From the NCBI GenBank assembly GCA_022565745.1, contig JAIUMB010000001.1:1-51921 (forward strand): a stretch of 51,921 bases of DNA. Reading direction: 5' to 3'. A program made the position numbers and the translations under genes. This document shows, piece after piece, positions 26,996 through 36,885 of the stretch. Positions within the stretch are counted from its first letter, which is position 1. The number at the start of each line of letters is the position of its first letter. A model generated the notes under the pieces. The model did no database searches. It saw nothing but the letters and a program-made list of their open reading frames with translations, and was not told where the DNA came from. The DNA comes from Cryomorphaceae bacterium. GTDB taxonomy: Bacteria; Bacteroidota; Bacteroidia; Flavobacteriales; Schleiferiaceae.

Positions 26996-27640
26996 ATGAT
27001 AAATTTAATTATTGCTGATGACCACGTAGTCATTAGAAAAGGCTTACAACTTTATCTCAACCGAGATAAAAACCTTAAAGTTATTGGTGAAGTTTCTGAT
27101 GGTGAAGAGCTTTTAGAAATGGTAAAAACCTCCGATGTTGACTTAATCTTGCTGGACATCGATATGCCGCGCATGAATGGTATGACGGCTATTCGACATA
27201 TCAAAGAGATTAAACCAGACGTGAAAATCCTCATTTTGAGTATGCACCCGGAGGAACTTTATCTTCTGGCTGTCAAAAAACTTGGCGCTAATGGCTATAT
27301 CACAAAAGATACTGAACCTCGTATGATTCTTAAGGCCATTCGTAAAATTATGGGTGGAGGGGAATACTTTAACCGCGAAGTGATTAAGAGAATTCGTTCG
27401 AAGAAGCACCCTAAACCATTGGTCAAACTTTCTAAGCGTGAAAGCGAAGTGCTTAATCGCTTGGCTGCTGGTTTAACCAATAAAGAGGTGTCTGAAGAAT
27501 TAGATATTTCTGATAAAACTGTAAGTACATACAAGTTACGCCTCATGCGTAAGCTTGGTGCGAGAAGTTTGGTGGAGCTGGTAAACTTTGCCAAGTCTTA
27601 TCAAACAGCATCGCCTGAAAGTACGCGTTACCAAATGTAA
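26996..27640 (+). CDS. LuxR/NarL-family response regulator with no adjacent kinase
   Basis: 214 aa. The receiver domain has IIADDH and DLILLDIDMP (phospho-acceptor Asp). The C-terminal HTH is LSKRESEVLNRLAAGLTNKEVSEELDISDKTVSTYKLRLMRKLG. Confidence 0.85.
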   Translation: MINLIIADDHVVIRKGLQLYLNRDKNLKVIGEVSDGEELLEMVKTSDVDLILLDIDMPRMNGMTAIRHIKEIKPDVKILILSMHPEELYLLAVKKLGANGYITKDTEPRMILKAIRKIMGGGEYFNREVIKRIRSKKHPKPLVKLSKRESEVLNRLAAGLTNKEVSEELDISDKTVSTYKLRLMRKLGARSLVELVNFAKSYQTASPESTRYQM

Positions 27641-27657
27641 TACTGTTTGAAGTGTAC

Positions 27658-27690
27658 AAAAAAAAAGCCCGGTTTATCCGGGCTTTTTTT
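27658..27690. terminator. Bidirectional rho-independent terminator between the response regulator and blc
   Basis: A9, then GCCCGG-TTTAT-CCGGGC, then T7. The T run overlaps the blc stop codon. Confidence 0.75.
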
Positions 27691-28219
27691 ATTCTACACA
27701 ATTGCTTTGAGTCACTTTTTCCAATTTAGAAATATCGAACCCCTTAGACGCTGCAATTGCTAAGGCTTCATTATATAACTCTTCAGGAAGTTGTCTGGTC
27801 CTCGACAAAATCCATAGGTACCGACGACTTGGCTCACCTATTACGGCATAGCGATAGTCTTCATCAAGACCAATTACCCAATATTTTCCTTTAAAAGGCC
27901 AGAAAAACTGAACGGCCAACTTCGCATTGCTTTCCTCATCTCTTACAAATGCTTTTCCTTTTACTGATGAAATCTTGCCATCTGCACTGTCTTTAGCGCA
28001 ACGATTGTAAACTTCAATGTATTTGTCTTTTTGTATATAGGTTGCCGATGTACAATAACATCCCTTTTGAAAGCGCTGGGGAAAGCTGGCAACATCATAC
28101 CAAATGCCTTGGTATTTTTCTAAATCTACATATTCAACAGTTTCTAAAGGTTGATTGCTTTTACATGCACTTAGCAAAAGAAAGCTACATGCAATAAATG
28201 ATAAGTGTTTCATGATCAA
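27689..28219 (-). CDS. blc: Bacterial lipocalin (outer-membrane lipoprotein Blc)
   Basis: 176 aa. The lipobox is LLSAC. VDLEKYQGIWYDVASFP is the lipocalin signature. Confidence 0.85.
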   Translation of the reverse strand: MIMKHLSFIACSFLLLSACKSNQPLETVEYVDLEKYQGIWYDVASFPQRFQKGCYCTSATYIQKDKYIEVYNRCAKDSADGKISSVKGKAFVRDEESNAKLAVQFFWPFKGKYWVIGLDEDYRYAVIGEPSRRYLWILSRTRQLPEELYNEALAIAASKGFDISKLEKVTQSNCVE

Positions 28220-29337
28220 TTGATTTGTTCTAATGGTTTTAGTGCTTTTTTTAAAATTTCGACCTCGTTATGCCACTGTGCATCTCGAGATGCGTTGGCT
28301 AAGCCTTCATCAAAAAAGCTTTTTGGCTTGATTTTGACTTCAAGTACAGCTCGAGCAATTTCCGCTCTGTCGTGATTTTTTATAACGGTACCAATTCTGT
28401 ATTCTCGAATGATCTTCGCTACTTCGAACACTTCGGAGCCAATTACAGGTATGCCTGAGTGGATGTAGTCAAAAAGCTTATTGGGTAAACTAAAGCAATA
28501 ATTTGGGTTGCTGGTTTTATCCAAACTTAACCCAACATCAGCTAATCTTGTAATGCCAAGAAGTTTGTTATAGGGCTGAGGGTCGATAAAGATAACGCGT
28601 TTATTTATATCTGCGCTCTTTTCAACCTTTTCTTTTAATTGCGGAATAACATCTCCTCGTCCTACAATCAAGAGAACTACATCTTCAGGTAACTGCTCTA
28701 ATGCTTCTACCATCTCTTCCATTCCTCGATCCACATTGATGCCACTGCCTTGGTTGATGAGCACAAAAGCGTTTTCAGGTATGTTCCAGTCGGGTCTACT
28801 ATAAACGGGTATTTGATCAGGGATAGGGGAGATGTTTCTCACCACAAACAACTCTTTATCGTAATGCGATTTATACTGTTGGGCAATGGATTGGTTAACA
28901 GTAATGATGTGGTTTAATCTGGGGAAAATGAAACGTTCAACACTTAGCCACACCTTTTGTACACTGGGACGATGAATGAGCTCTGGGGTGTAACAGTAGT
29001 ATTCGTGTGTGTCGTAAACAATAGGAATGCGTTTTAATTTGGCAATTAGATAGTTGGGTAACAATGTGTCGAGATCATTGGCAACCAAACCATCTGCTTT
29101 TCTAAACAATAAGAAAAAAAACAACCGCAATTGATACTCTGCATAAAACCATACTTTTTTTCGAAAAAATAGACGCATTCGATGGGTGTGATATGGTCTG
29201 TCTATGGGCAAACTTTCTTTTAATTTCCGTCCCACTAGCAGCGGCTCCAATCCAATCTCAATTAGCGTTGAACAGGTTTTATGCACACGTTGATCGGTGC
29301 TTAAGTCATTGGTAACAGAAACAATGATTCGTTTCAT
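28216..29337 (-). CDS. GT-B fold glycosyltransferase (family 1/4 type)
   Basis: 373 aa. The C-terminal half (..VGRGD...L..LADVGLSL......FSLPNKLFDYIHSGIPVIGSE) resembles the GT4 EX7E region. Confidence 0.7.
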   Translation of the reverse strand: MKRIIVSVTNDLSTDQRVHKTCSTLIEIGLEPLLVGRKLKESLPIDRPYHTHRMRLFFRKKVWFYAEYQLRLFFFLLFRKADGLVANDLDTLLPNYLIAKLKRIPIVYDTHEYYCYTPELIHRPSVQKVWLSVERFIFPRLNHIITVNQSIAQQYKSHYDKELFVVRNISPIPDQIPVYSRPDWNIPENAFVLINQGSGINVDRGMEEMVEALEQLPEDVVLLIVGRGDVIPQLKEKVEKSADINKRVIFIDPQPYNKLLGITRLADVGLSLDKTSNPNYCFSLPNKLFDYIHSGIPVIGSEVFEVAKIIREYRIGTVIKNHDRAEIARAVLEVKIKPKSFFDEGLANASRDAQWHNEVEILKKALKPLEQIN

Positions 29338-29339
29338 AT

Positions 29340-29702
29340 CTAAAACTGTCCGGTAGATAACATAACGAGATTACAAGCATCTTCACAATAAATACCCCGA
29401 TCTTCTGCTTTTTTCCTTAAATCAGGATTGCTGGTACCGGGATTAAAGATAATGCGTTTGGCTCCAGACTGTAATATGTCGTCATAATACGCTATCTGAC
29501 GAGGCGCACCCAAGTAAAGCGTAATGGTGTGTATGTCCACATCTTTTGGGAACGATGTTACAATAGGGTTTCCGTTTATTTCACCACTTCTGTTGCCAAC
29601 CATAATAATTGGATGGCCAGCAGCTAAAAGCATTTTTGCTGCTCGATTTGAATAACGGTTATCATTGGTTGAAGCACCTAAAATAAGGGTTGTTTTCCCC
29701 AT
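29340..29702 (-). CDS. CoA-binding domain protein (YccU/YneT-like)
   Basis: 120 aa. LILGASTNDNRYSNRAAKML...G.....V and ...RIIFNPGT are typical of the small CoA-binding family. Confidence 0.7.
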   Translation of the reverse strand: MGKTTLILGASTNDNRYSNRAAKMLLAAGHPIIMVGNRSGEINGNPIVTSFPKDVDIHTITLYLGAPRQIAYYDDILQSGAKRIIFNPGTSNPDLRKKAEDRGIYCEDACNLVMLSTGQF

Positions 29703-29714
29703 TACACATTAAAT

Positions 29715-31295
29715 TTAAGAATTGATAAAAACACCTTTTTCCATGTCTAGAACGCGGTGACAAAAATACCTAACGGTATCGGGGTCATGAGAAATAAAAA
29801 TAAATGACATTCCTTTTTCATCGCGAATATGCGTCAGTAAGTTGAGTATTTGAGCCTGAACCGATACATCTAAGGCCGCCACTGATTCATCGCAAATGAG
29901 AATCTTTGGCTCGGCAAGTAAGGCTCGGGCAATACAAATCCGCTGTCTTTGACCACCGGAAAAGGCATGTGGATATCGATGGATAGCATCTTTGCTTAAC
30001 CCCATGTTCTCTAGCGTTTCTTCAATGTTACGCCGACAATCCGAGCGGTTTTCCATCGGGAAAAAGTGACGTCGGACATCCGCAAGAGTTCTGCCAATGG
30101 TGTGGCTAGGGTTTAGTGCAGCCATGGCGTCTTGAAAAATCATTTGTATGCGTTCAGCACGCCATTGTCGAGTTTTAGTAGAGAGATCAACTTCTAACCC
30201 GTCATCATTGGTGATGGTCAACTCACCTTCTTGGATGTCTTCTAAGCCACTGATGATTCGACTCAAGGTTGATTTACCACAACCACTTTCTCCGAGAATA
30301 CCCAATGCCTCACCGGGATGCAGGTTAAACGAAACGCCTTTAAGTACTTCTGTTTCTCCATAGGAAAATCGCAAGTTTTTTGCCGAAAGTACTGGAGCAG
30401 TACTTTGAATCTGTCTTGCAAGGCTTAGCCATTCTTCCTGGTTGTAAACACGTCGATCTATAGATCGGTTGTTTTCAATATCTTTGACCGACGGCAATGG
30501 AATTACCCTGTTTTCTGGATCTGGTCTACAGGCCCACAGTGCTTTGGTATAAGCATGCTTTGGTTGATTTACCACATCACTAGCAGGGCCGTACTCACAC
30601 AGAAGTCCACTTCTCAGTACTGCAATGTTGTCGCAGCGCTTGGCCACCATTTTTAGGTCGTGACTGATAAGTAACAAGGCCGTTTTGTAGCGTTTACAAA
30701 GCTGTTCAATAAGATTGAGAACCACATCACGTACGCGCACATCTAAGGCAGTGGTTGGTTCATCGGCAATCAATAGTTTCGGGTGATTACAAAGCGCCAT
30801 GGCTATCATCAAGCGTTGTCTTTGACCGCCCGACAATTGATGTGGAAATGCGTGATAAATGCGTTCTGGATTAGGTAGTTCAACCTCTTTCATCCAGTGC
30901 AGAACCTCTGCTTTCAAACTTTTATTGCTTAAATTTCGGGTCAATTGGATATTCTCGGCCAATTGCCATCCGCAACTTTTAACCGGATTGAGTGCCGACA
31001 TAGGCTCCTGAAAAACGAACCCTAAAGCTTGTCTTCTGAGTTTTTTGATCTCAGCCGTTGATGCATTGGGAAAATGAATTGAAGAATCGGGCAAATGAAT
31101 GGTGATTTGTCCGGATGAAATGCGCAAATTACCAGGCAATAAACCAGCAATACTCAAAGCACTTAGGGTTTTTCCAGATCCAGATTCACCAACCAAACCC
31201 AAGCGCTCACCCTCATGCAAACATAGGTTTAATTGGTTGACTATCGTTTTACCGTTACCTATATCCACTCCGTTAAATCGGAGTAGTTCACTCAT
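29715..31295 (-). CDS. Twin-NBD ABC ATPase of the DppD/DppF (GsiA/YejF-like) type, with no permease nearby
   Basis: Two Walker A motifs (GESGSGKT, GESGCGKS), two LSGGQRQR signatures and two Walker B motifs (LLIADEPTTALD, ILICDESVAALD). The ORF track starts at 31331. I prefer MSELLRF at 31295, which gives an 8-nt overlap with the upstream gene. Confidence 0.85.
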   Translation of the reverse strand: MSELLRFNGVDIGNGKTIVNQLNLCLHEGERLGLVGESGSGKTLSALSIAGLLPGNLRISSGQITIHLPDSSIHFPNASTAEIKKLRRQALGFVFQEPMSALNPVKSCGWQLAENIQLTRNLSNKSLKAEVLHWMKEVELPNPERIYHAFPHQLSGGQRQRLMIAMALCNHPKLLIADEPTTALDVRVRDVVLNLIEQLCKRYKTALLLISHDLKMVAKRCDNIAVLRSGLLCEYGPASDVVNQPKHAYTKALWACRPDPENRVIPLPSVKDIENNRSIDRRVYNQEEWLSLARQIQSTAPVLSAKNLRFSYGETEVLKGVSFNLHPGEALGILGESGCGKSTLSRIISGLEDIQEGELTITNDDGLEVDLSTKTRQWRAERIQMIFQDAMAALNPSHTIGRTLADVRRHFFPMENRSDCRRNIEETLENMGLSKDAIHRYPHAFSGGQRQRICIARALLAEPKILICDESVAALDVSVQAQILNLLTHIRDEKGMSFIFISHDPDTVRYFCHRVLDMEKGVFINS

Positions 31296-32013
31296 GTCGA
31301 CTGATGTTTTCGTCTTTAATGTCTTCATCAAGCCCCATCATTCTTAAGAATATACGAGCTGTGGTTACCACGTCTTTTTCACAATAGGTAACAATTCTTG
31401 GTAGGTCGTTGTCGTTCCAGTAAACACCGGCCACTTCACTGCCATCAATATCGTCTTTGGGTGTAGGTATCTCAAATAGAGCCGCCAATAAACGCAGAGA
31501 TGTATAGTTTTTATAATCACCAAATTTCCATAAATCTAAGGTGTCGAGATGTTGAATTTCCCAAGGCTTTTTTCCTTGAATCTGCAAAATGGAAGGAATA
31601 GACACCTTATTGATCAACATTCTTCGGCAGATATAGGGAAAGTCAAACTCTTTTCCGTTGTGTCCGCACAATCGCTTATATTCACTGCTAAAATGCGTGG
31701 TCAACATATGTGAAAAATCACGCAGCAACTTGGCTTCATCATCACCTTCAAAGGATCGCAAGCGAAAGCCCCATTCTCCATCTGTTTTATGCATGATGCC
31801 CACGGAGATACAAACTATTTTTCCGTATTCAGCAAAAATTCCAGCGCGTTGAAACCATGCGTCAGCTGCTGTTTCGTCTTCAGCTCGCGTACGTTCAGAT
31901 TTTTTGTCCCAAAGCCATTGCATGTCTTCTGATAAATCGCCGTAATCTTTAACGCAGGGAACAGTTTCTATATCGAGAAACAATATGTCTTGTAAATTGA
32001 TGTCGCGGAGCAT
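31288..32013 (-). CDS. RNase H-fold 3'-5' exonuclease related to the PolB exonuclease domain
   Basis: 241 aa. ExoI is LFLDIETV, ExoII is GHNGKEFDFPYI, and ExoIII is YCEKDVVTTARIF. Confidence 0.75.
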   Translation of the reverse strand: MLRDINLQDILFLDIETVPCVKDYGDLSEDMQWLWDKKSERTRAEDETAADAWFQRAGIFAEYGKIVCISVGIMHKTDGEWGFRLRSFEGDDEAKLLRDFSHMLTTHFSSEYKRLCGHNGKEFDFPYICRRMLINKVSIPSILQIQGKKPWEIQHLDTLDLWKFGDYKNYTSLRLLAALFEIPTPKDDIDGSEVAGVYWNDNDLPRIVTYCEKDVVTTARIFLRMMGLDEDIKDENISRHE

Positions 32014-32098
32014 AATGGTAATTATTTATAGCAAATGTACAGTTTTTTTACCCGTTTATCAAGCGATAATGTATCAAAATTGAATTGGACCTTAATCC

Positions 32099-32128
32099 TT
32101 GCTAAATCACCATTTGTAACTACTTTTG
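32099..32128 (+). promoter_or_regulatory. Sigma-A type promoter of the TonB-dependent receptor gene
   Basis: TTG (32099..32101), 19 nt of spacer, then TACTTTTG (32121..32128). Exact consensus geometry. It overlaps the TTG start proposed by the ORF track. Confidence 0.6.
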
Positions 32129-32152
32129 CAACTCAATTGCAATACAAGAAGT

Positions 32153-34519
32153 GTGAGGTTTAAATTGCTGATTTTCATTTTTTTGTTGGTTAATGTGGCT
32201 TTAGGTCAAACCCGTGACCGCTATCGTTTGTACGGAACAGTTTCATACGATGGGGTACCGGTATATGGGGCAAAAGTGTATTTGCATGAACTTCAGATGG
32301 AAGTCCTGACCGATTTTAATGGTTTTTATGACTTTCATGGGGTTAAACCTGGCGCTTATCATTTACACATAATAAAATCAGGCTATACAACAAGGCGAAT
32401 GGACGTTCGCGTGATCGATAACGACGAACATGTGGACGTAGATTTAGAGCGCTCATCACTGCGCATGGATGAAGTGTTGGTGGAAACCAATCCCTTTAGA
32501 TCCGGCTCGGTAGAGCAATCGCAAACGGTAATTGTCGTTGACCGTGAAAACTTAGAGCGCAACAGCAGCGAAACATTCGTCAATGCATTAGAACGCATTC
32601 CTGGCATTAGCAGCATCAATACCGGCGTTGGCATTGCAAAACCTGTGATTAGAGGGATGAGTTTCAACCGCATTATGGTCAATGATCGTGGTATAAAACA
32701 AGAAGGACAACAGTGGGGTGCCGATCACGGCTTAGAAATAGACCCGTTTGATGTAGACCGCGTAGAAATTGTCAAGGGCCCGGCTTCTTTGATTTATGGT
32801 TCGGATGCCATGGGGGGCGTCATTAATATTCAACCCGGTCCAATACCTTCATCGGGAACACATCGTGGTCATTACATAGGTGGGTACAGGAGCAACAATC
32901 ACCTTCATTCACACAGTGCAATGTTAGAAGGGAGTGAGGGCAAGTGGTTTTATAAAGCACGCATAACCACACAAGATTATGGCAATTATCGTGTACCGGC
33001 AAATGATTTTGTCTATGCCGGATTTCGTTTACCCATTTATGATAACATGTTGACGAATACTGCGGGTAAGGAAAGACATGCATCTGCAACCGTAGGATTA
33101 CGAGAGTCGTGGGGGTTTAGTAAGTTAACGGTGAGTCGGTTTTATCAAGAAGTTGGACTTTTTCCCGGAGCCATTGGTATTCCTACATCATATGCGTTAC
33201 AGCACAAAGGCGAGTATCGCAATATTGACTTGCCTTATCAGGAGAACACGCATCTCAAGGTGATTTCAAATACCAATGTCCGTTTGGGTGAACATTGGCT
33301 TGAGTTAGACTTGGGTTATCAGCGCAACCATCGCATCGAACACAGTCATCCTCACGCTCATGGTCAAGCGCCGAGACCTGAGGGGTTTACTGCCATGGAT
33401 CTCGATTTACATACAGTAACGTCCAACGCCCGTTTTCACCATATTATCAATGGAAAGTACAAGGCCATATATGGCGTACAGTTGCAGTATATGACTCATA
33501 ATTATGATGGATTTGAGTTTTTGATACCCTCATATCAATCTTTTTTGGGCGGTGTTTTTTCTTTTCATGAATACCGTTGGAAAGATAACCTAATTATCAA
33601 TGCTGGTATCCGTTATGACGGTGCTTTGCATGACATCAGACAGCACCTTCAACCATCATTCAATCGCTTTGGAGAACCTACGGGCACATTCGACGAGCGA
33701 AACCCTGATGTTTTCCGAACCTTTGGCAATACCAGTGGATCATTGGGGTTATCTTGGGTTGTTGATGATGTATTTAACGTAAAACTTAACTTAGGGTCAA
33801 GTTATCGCATTCCAACTGCAGTAGAGTTAAGCGTAAATGGTGTTCACCACGGCAATTTCAGACATGAATTGGGTAACGCCGATTTACTTGGGGAACGCGG
33901 TTATCAGGCAGACCTCAACCTCAGCGTTAAAAAGCAGCGGGTTTTTGCATCGATTACGCCCTTTGTTAGTTTGTATGACCGCTACATTTACTTGGCACCT
34001 ACCGGAACGTTTTCAACTTTGCCTGGCTCCGGAACCTTATGGGAGTATCGTCAAAACAATGCGTTTTTTACGGGTATAGAAAGCATGCTGAACGTTGAAA
34101 TCTTCAGTAGCATGGAAGCGGCAGTAGGGGTAGAGTACGTTTACAACCAAAACTTAGACAGTCGCTTACCTCTTCCGCTTACGCCGCCCTTGTCTGTATT
34201 ATCGTCATTGGAATATCAAAGAGAGGTTGACAGGAAGTGGATTAACAATTGGTACGCTACGGTAGATGTTCGCTGGGCTGCTGACCAAAATCGCACGGAT
34301 AGGAATGAACGCGCCACAGAAGGTTATGTGCTGTTAGGTGCGTCATTAGGTGCAGAGTTTATGTTTGGGAAACAACCGGTCATATTACGCGTCAGGGGGC
34401 ACAATCTCACGGATACCTTTTACCTAAATCACTTGAGTAGGTATCGATTATTGAATATACCAGAGCAGGGCAGGAACATCAGCGTCCAGTTGAAGGTGCC
34501 GTTTGTGATGAAAAAATAA
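32153..34519 (+). CDS. TonB-dependent outer-membrane receptor with an N-terminal carboxypeptidase-regulatory-like domain
   Basis: The ORF track starts at TTG 32126, inside the promoter box. In-frame GTG 32153 gives (M)RFKLLIFIFLLVNVALGQ. A CarbopepD_reg-like YRLYGTVSYDGVPVYGAKVYL, a plug domain (..VEIVKGPASLIYGSDAMGGVINI) and the C-terminal barrel ending ..VQLKVPF are all present. Confidence 0.85.
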   Translation: MRFKLLIFIFLLVNVALGQTRDRYRLYGTVSYDGVPVYGAKVYLHELQMEVLTDFNGFYDFHGVKPGAYHLHIIKSGYTTRRMDVRVIDNDEHVDVDLERSSLRMDEVLVETNPFRSGSVEQSQTVIVVDRENLERNSSETFVNALERIPGISSINTGVGIAKPVIRGMSFNRIMVNDRGIKQEGQQWGADHGLEIDPFDVDRVEIVKGPASLIYGSDAMGGVINIQPGPIPSSGTHRGHYIGGYRSNNHLHSHSAMLEGSEGKWFYKARITTQDYGNYRVPANDFVYAGFRLPIYDNMLTNTAGKERHASATVGLRESWGFSKLTVSRFYQEVGLFPGAIGIPTSYALQHKGEYRNIDLPYQENTHLKVISNTNVRLGEHWLELDLGYQRNHRIEHSHPHAHGQAPRPEGFTAMDLDLHTVTSNARFHHIINGKYKAIYGVQLQYMTHNYDGFEFLIPSYQSFLGGVFSFHEYRWKDNLIINAGIRYDGALHDIRQHLQPSFNRFGEPTGTFDERNPDVFRTFGNTSGSLGLSWVVDDVFNVKLNLGSSYRIPTAVELSVNGVHHGNFRHELGNADLLGERGYQADLNLSVKKQRVFASITPFVSLYDRYIYLAPTGTFSTLPGSGTLWEYRQNNAFFTGIESMLNVEIFSSMEAAVGVEYVYNQNLDSRLPLPLTPPLSVLSSLEYQREVDRKWINNWYATVDVRWAADQNRTDRNERATEGYVLLGASLGAEFMFGKQPVILRVRGHNLTDTFYLNHLSRYRLLNIPEQGRNISVQLKVPFVMKK

Positions 34520-35962
34520 TTATTTCCCCCGACCTTGAAACACGATTAAAACCGTATAAAACAGAATCTTTACATCATTCAGTAGATTCATGTTTTCAAG
34601 ATAGATCAAATCGTATTGCAAGCGTTCAATCATTTCATCAATGCTCTCTGCATAACCGTATTTCACCATTCCCCAAGAGGTGATTCCGGGTTTGATGCGA
34701 TACAACTGTCGATAATAAGGTGCTTGCTTGATGATTTGCTCGGCATAAAATGCGCGTTCCGGACGAGGCCCAACCACAGACATATCGCCTATCAACACAT
34801 TCCAGAACTGAGGCAGTTCGTCGAGTCGATACTTACGCATGATTTTACCCCAGCGGGTTATGCGCGGGTCGTCATCGCTGCTCAACTGAGGTCCGTTTTT
34901 TTCGGCATCGGCATACATGGATCGAAACTTAAATATTTTAAAGGGTTTTCCGTGTAAGCCTATGCGTTCTTGAGAAAAGAATATGGATCCGGGTGATGAT
35001 AAACGAACCATAGTGGCTACAAATAGCAGCAACGGAGAAATCAATAATAGTACGAGAAGTGAAAAAGCCACATCAGCAATGCGTTTGATGATTTTTTGTC
35101 CGTAAGGCATTGGATCTGTGGGGATTTCTACCAGTGGTTCACTAATGGATTCCATTTTTACTTTACCGGATAATATGTCGTAGGTATCGGGAATCAATTT
35201 TATGTAAACGGGCAATAAGTCCAGTTGAGAAAGAATGGTTTGCAGTAAGTGATGTTCTTTGGACTCTACGGCAATCACCACTTCTTCAATATTGTGCTCT
35301 TTAACAATCTCTTCCAGATTGGTATAGTTGCCAAGTAAAGGCAATTGTTTTTCTATAAGAAACTGTATGTTGTTGTGAACAGATACAAATCCTGTAAAGT
35401 AGTTGCCATTTATGCGCCTTTTGGCTTGTAGACGCTCATACAATTTCACGGCATTTTGATTACTACCAATTATAATAGAAGGAAAACCTATTTCTCTTCG
35501 CTGAATACGTTTACTTGTTTGGGTAGAAAGCAAAAATCTAAAGAGGCCTGCTAGGATGAATTGAGTACCAAAATAAATGAAAAAAATGTGGTAATACGTT
35601 TTGTAATGGATTACATAATCATCGAGAAGAAAGGCAAAGAAGATGACAATGGAACCGAGAAGGGTGATGTTAAAAGTCAAAATGATTTCTTTCAGCCGAG
35701 AACGTCGATATATATCTTTATACAATCCAACTAAAAGATAAAGAAAGACCCATAACACAGGGAGTGTTATCAGGGCATAAACATAAGTACGATCAAAAGT
35801 TAAAATCCTTTCAGACGCAAAGTAATCGGGTTCTATATACAACTTACGAAACACATATAAGGCTGTATAGGAGGCCATTGAAGCAATAACATCAGCAATA
35901 ATGTACTTGCCAACCTGAACGTGTTCCGGCAGTCGTTGTTTACTCTTGAGGTTAATGGGCAT
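34520..35962 (-). CDS. Polyprenyl-phosphate glycosyl-1-phosphate transferase (WbaP-like large PGT)
   Basis: 480 aa. N-terminal TM bundle, Rossmann-like FPSIIIGSNQNAVKLYE, and catalytic domain KRIADVAFSLLVLLLISPLLL...FKIFKFRSM...DELPQFWNVLIGDMSVVGPRP. Confidence 0.85.
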   Translation of the reverse strand: MPINLKSKQRLPEHVQVGKYIIADVIASMASYTALYVFRKLYIEPDYFASERILTFDRTYVYALITLPVLWVFLYLLVGLYKDIYRRSRLKEIILTFNITLLGSIVIFFAFLLDDYVIHYKTYYHIFFIYFGTQFILAGLFRFLLSTQTSKRIQRREIGFPSIIIGSNQNAVKLYERLQAKRRINGNYFTGFVSVHNNIQFLIEKQLPLLGNYTNLEEIVKEHNIEEVVIAVESKEHHLLQTILSQLDLLPVYIKLIPDTYDILSGKVKMESISEPLVEIPTDPMPYGQKIIKRIADVAFSLLVLLLISPLLLFVATMVRLSSPGSIFFSQERIGLHGKPFKIFKFRSMYADAEKNGPQLSSDDDPRITRWGKIMRKYRLDELPQFWNVLIGDMSVVGPRPERAFYAEQIIKQAPYYRQLYRIKPGITSWGMVKYGYAESIDEMIERLQYDLIYLENMNLLNDVKILFYTVLIVFQGRGK

Positions 35963-36885
35963 TAGTAAACAATTTTAATGTTGTCAAAGTAGATATCAAT
36001 CTCTTTACCTTCATCTTCAGCTGTTCTAATGGCGCCAATAAACACTTTATGCCAAACAGCACCAAAGGCCGCTGTTACGTCATCGGTGTAGTACACATAG
36101 ATTTTTCGCCATTCACCATTGGTTGGGAAAGCTCTTACAATAGGGGCCTGTTCTAGTCCTCTACCGGGAATATTACTAAACACACCTATGGTAAACATGT
36201 GGTTGGATTTGTAATGCATTTCAAGATAAATCGGGCCGCTGCCTTGTGGTAAGACAAAGTTTTGCACCGATTCCATTTCAAAGAGATTTTCTCCTTCTCT
36301 CATTCGAACATATCCAGAGGCGTTGTTGGACTCACCGGGGATATTGCTGTTAAAAACCTCTTCTGGGTGAGTGTTTCTGGTGATTCTTCTCAAAGGAGCA
36401 TCGCTGAGATTGGTGTTTTGAAACCTTAGTCCCACTTGTTCGAAGTCTTCTATAGGCTCGACGTTGGCAAAATCGAGGTAATTAACTTTTAAAATGGAAT
36501 CTTCGTCCTCATTGAGATAGTAATTGCGTTTATCATTTCTAATAACGATGTCTTCTCTGTGTGTACGAAAAAAGGGATATTGTATGCGAAGTGCATTTAA
36601 GCCGTTTTGTGTAACACCAGCTACTACCGTAAATTCTGTTGGTCCTTCTCGGTCTACGGTGAAATTTATTTCTGCTGGTAACTCGTAGGTGCCAATGGGA
36701 CGATCATCTATGGTTACCCATACCGTATTGATGTTTTGAGATGCCGTTCCCTGCTCGCTGAAATCGGTTTTCATTTCAATCTTTGGTATATGCAAGACAT
36801 ATCTTTCTGGTGCTTTTAGCTGGTCTGAATCACAACCCCAAAGCATCAGAATGAAAAAGCAATTTATGTAACCTATTATTCTCAA
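35962..36885 (-). CDS. Hypothetical lipoprotein, beta-rich, with no recognisable family
   Basis: 307 aa. Signal and lipobox are FFILMLWGC. It is translationally coupled on both sides (4-nt overlap upstream, 1-nt TAATG overlap downstream). Confidence 0.55.
   Translation of the reverse strand: MRIIGYINCFFILMLWGCDSDQLKAPERYVLHIPKIEMKTDFSEQGTASQNINTVWVTIDDRPIGTYELPAEINFTVDREGPTEFTVVAGVTQNGLNALRIQYPFFRTHREDIVIRNDKRNYYLNEDEDSILKVNYLDFANVEPIEDFEQVGLRFQNTNLSDAPLRRITRNTHPEEVFNSNIPGESNNASGYVRMREGENLFEMESVQNFVLPQGSGPIYLEMHYKSNHMFTIGVFSNIPGRGLEQAPIVRAFPTNGEWRKIYVYYTDDVTAAFGAVWHKVFIGAIRTAEDEGKEIDIYFDNIKIVY

Noticed and set aside
29715-32013. Reading the exonuclease plus ABC ATPase pair as a PARIS/Gabija/OLD-type anti-phage system
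   Set aside because: The ABC protein has importer-type DppD/DppF NBDs with the oligopeptide-type C-terminal extensions, not the SMC/OLD-like ABC fold with coiled-coil insertions. There is no TOPRIM or other defence hallmark, and the locus looks core rather than island-like. I kept it only as an unexplained coupling in the findings.
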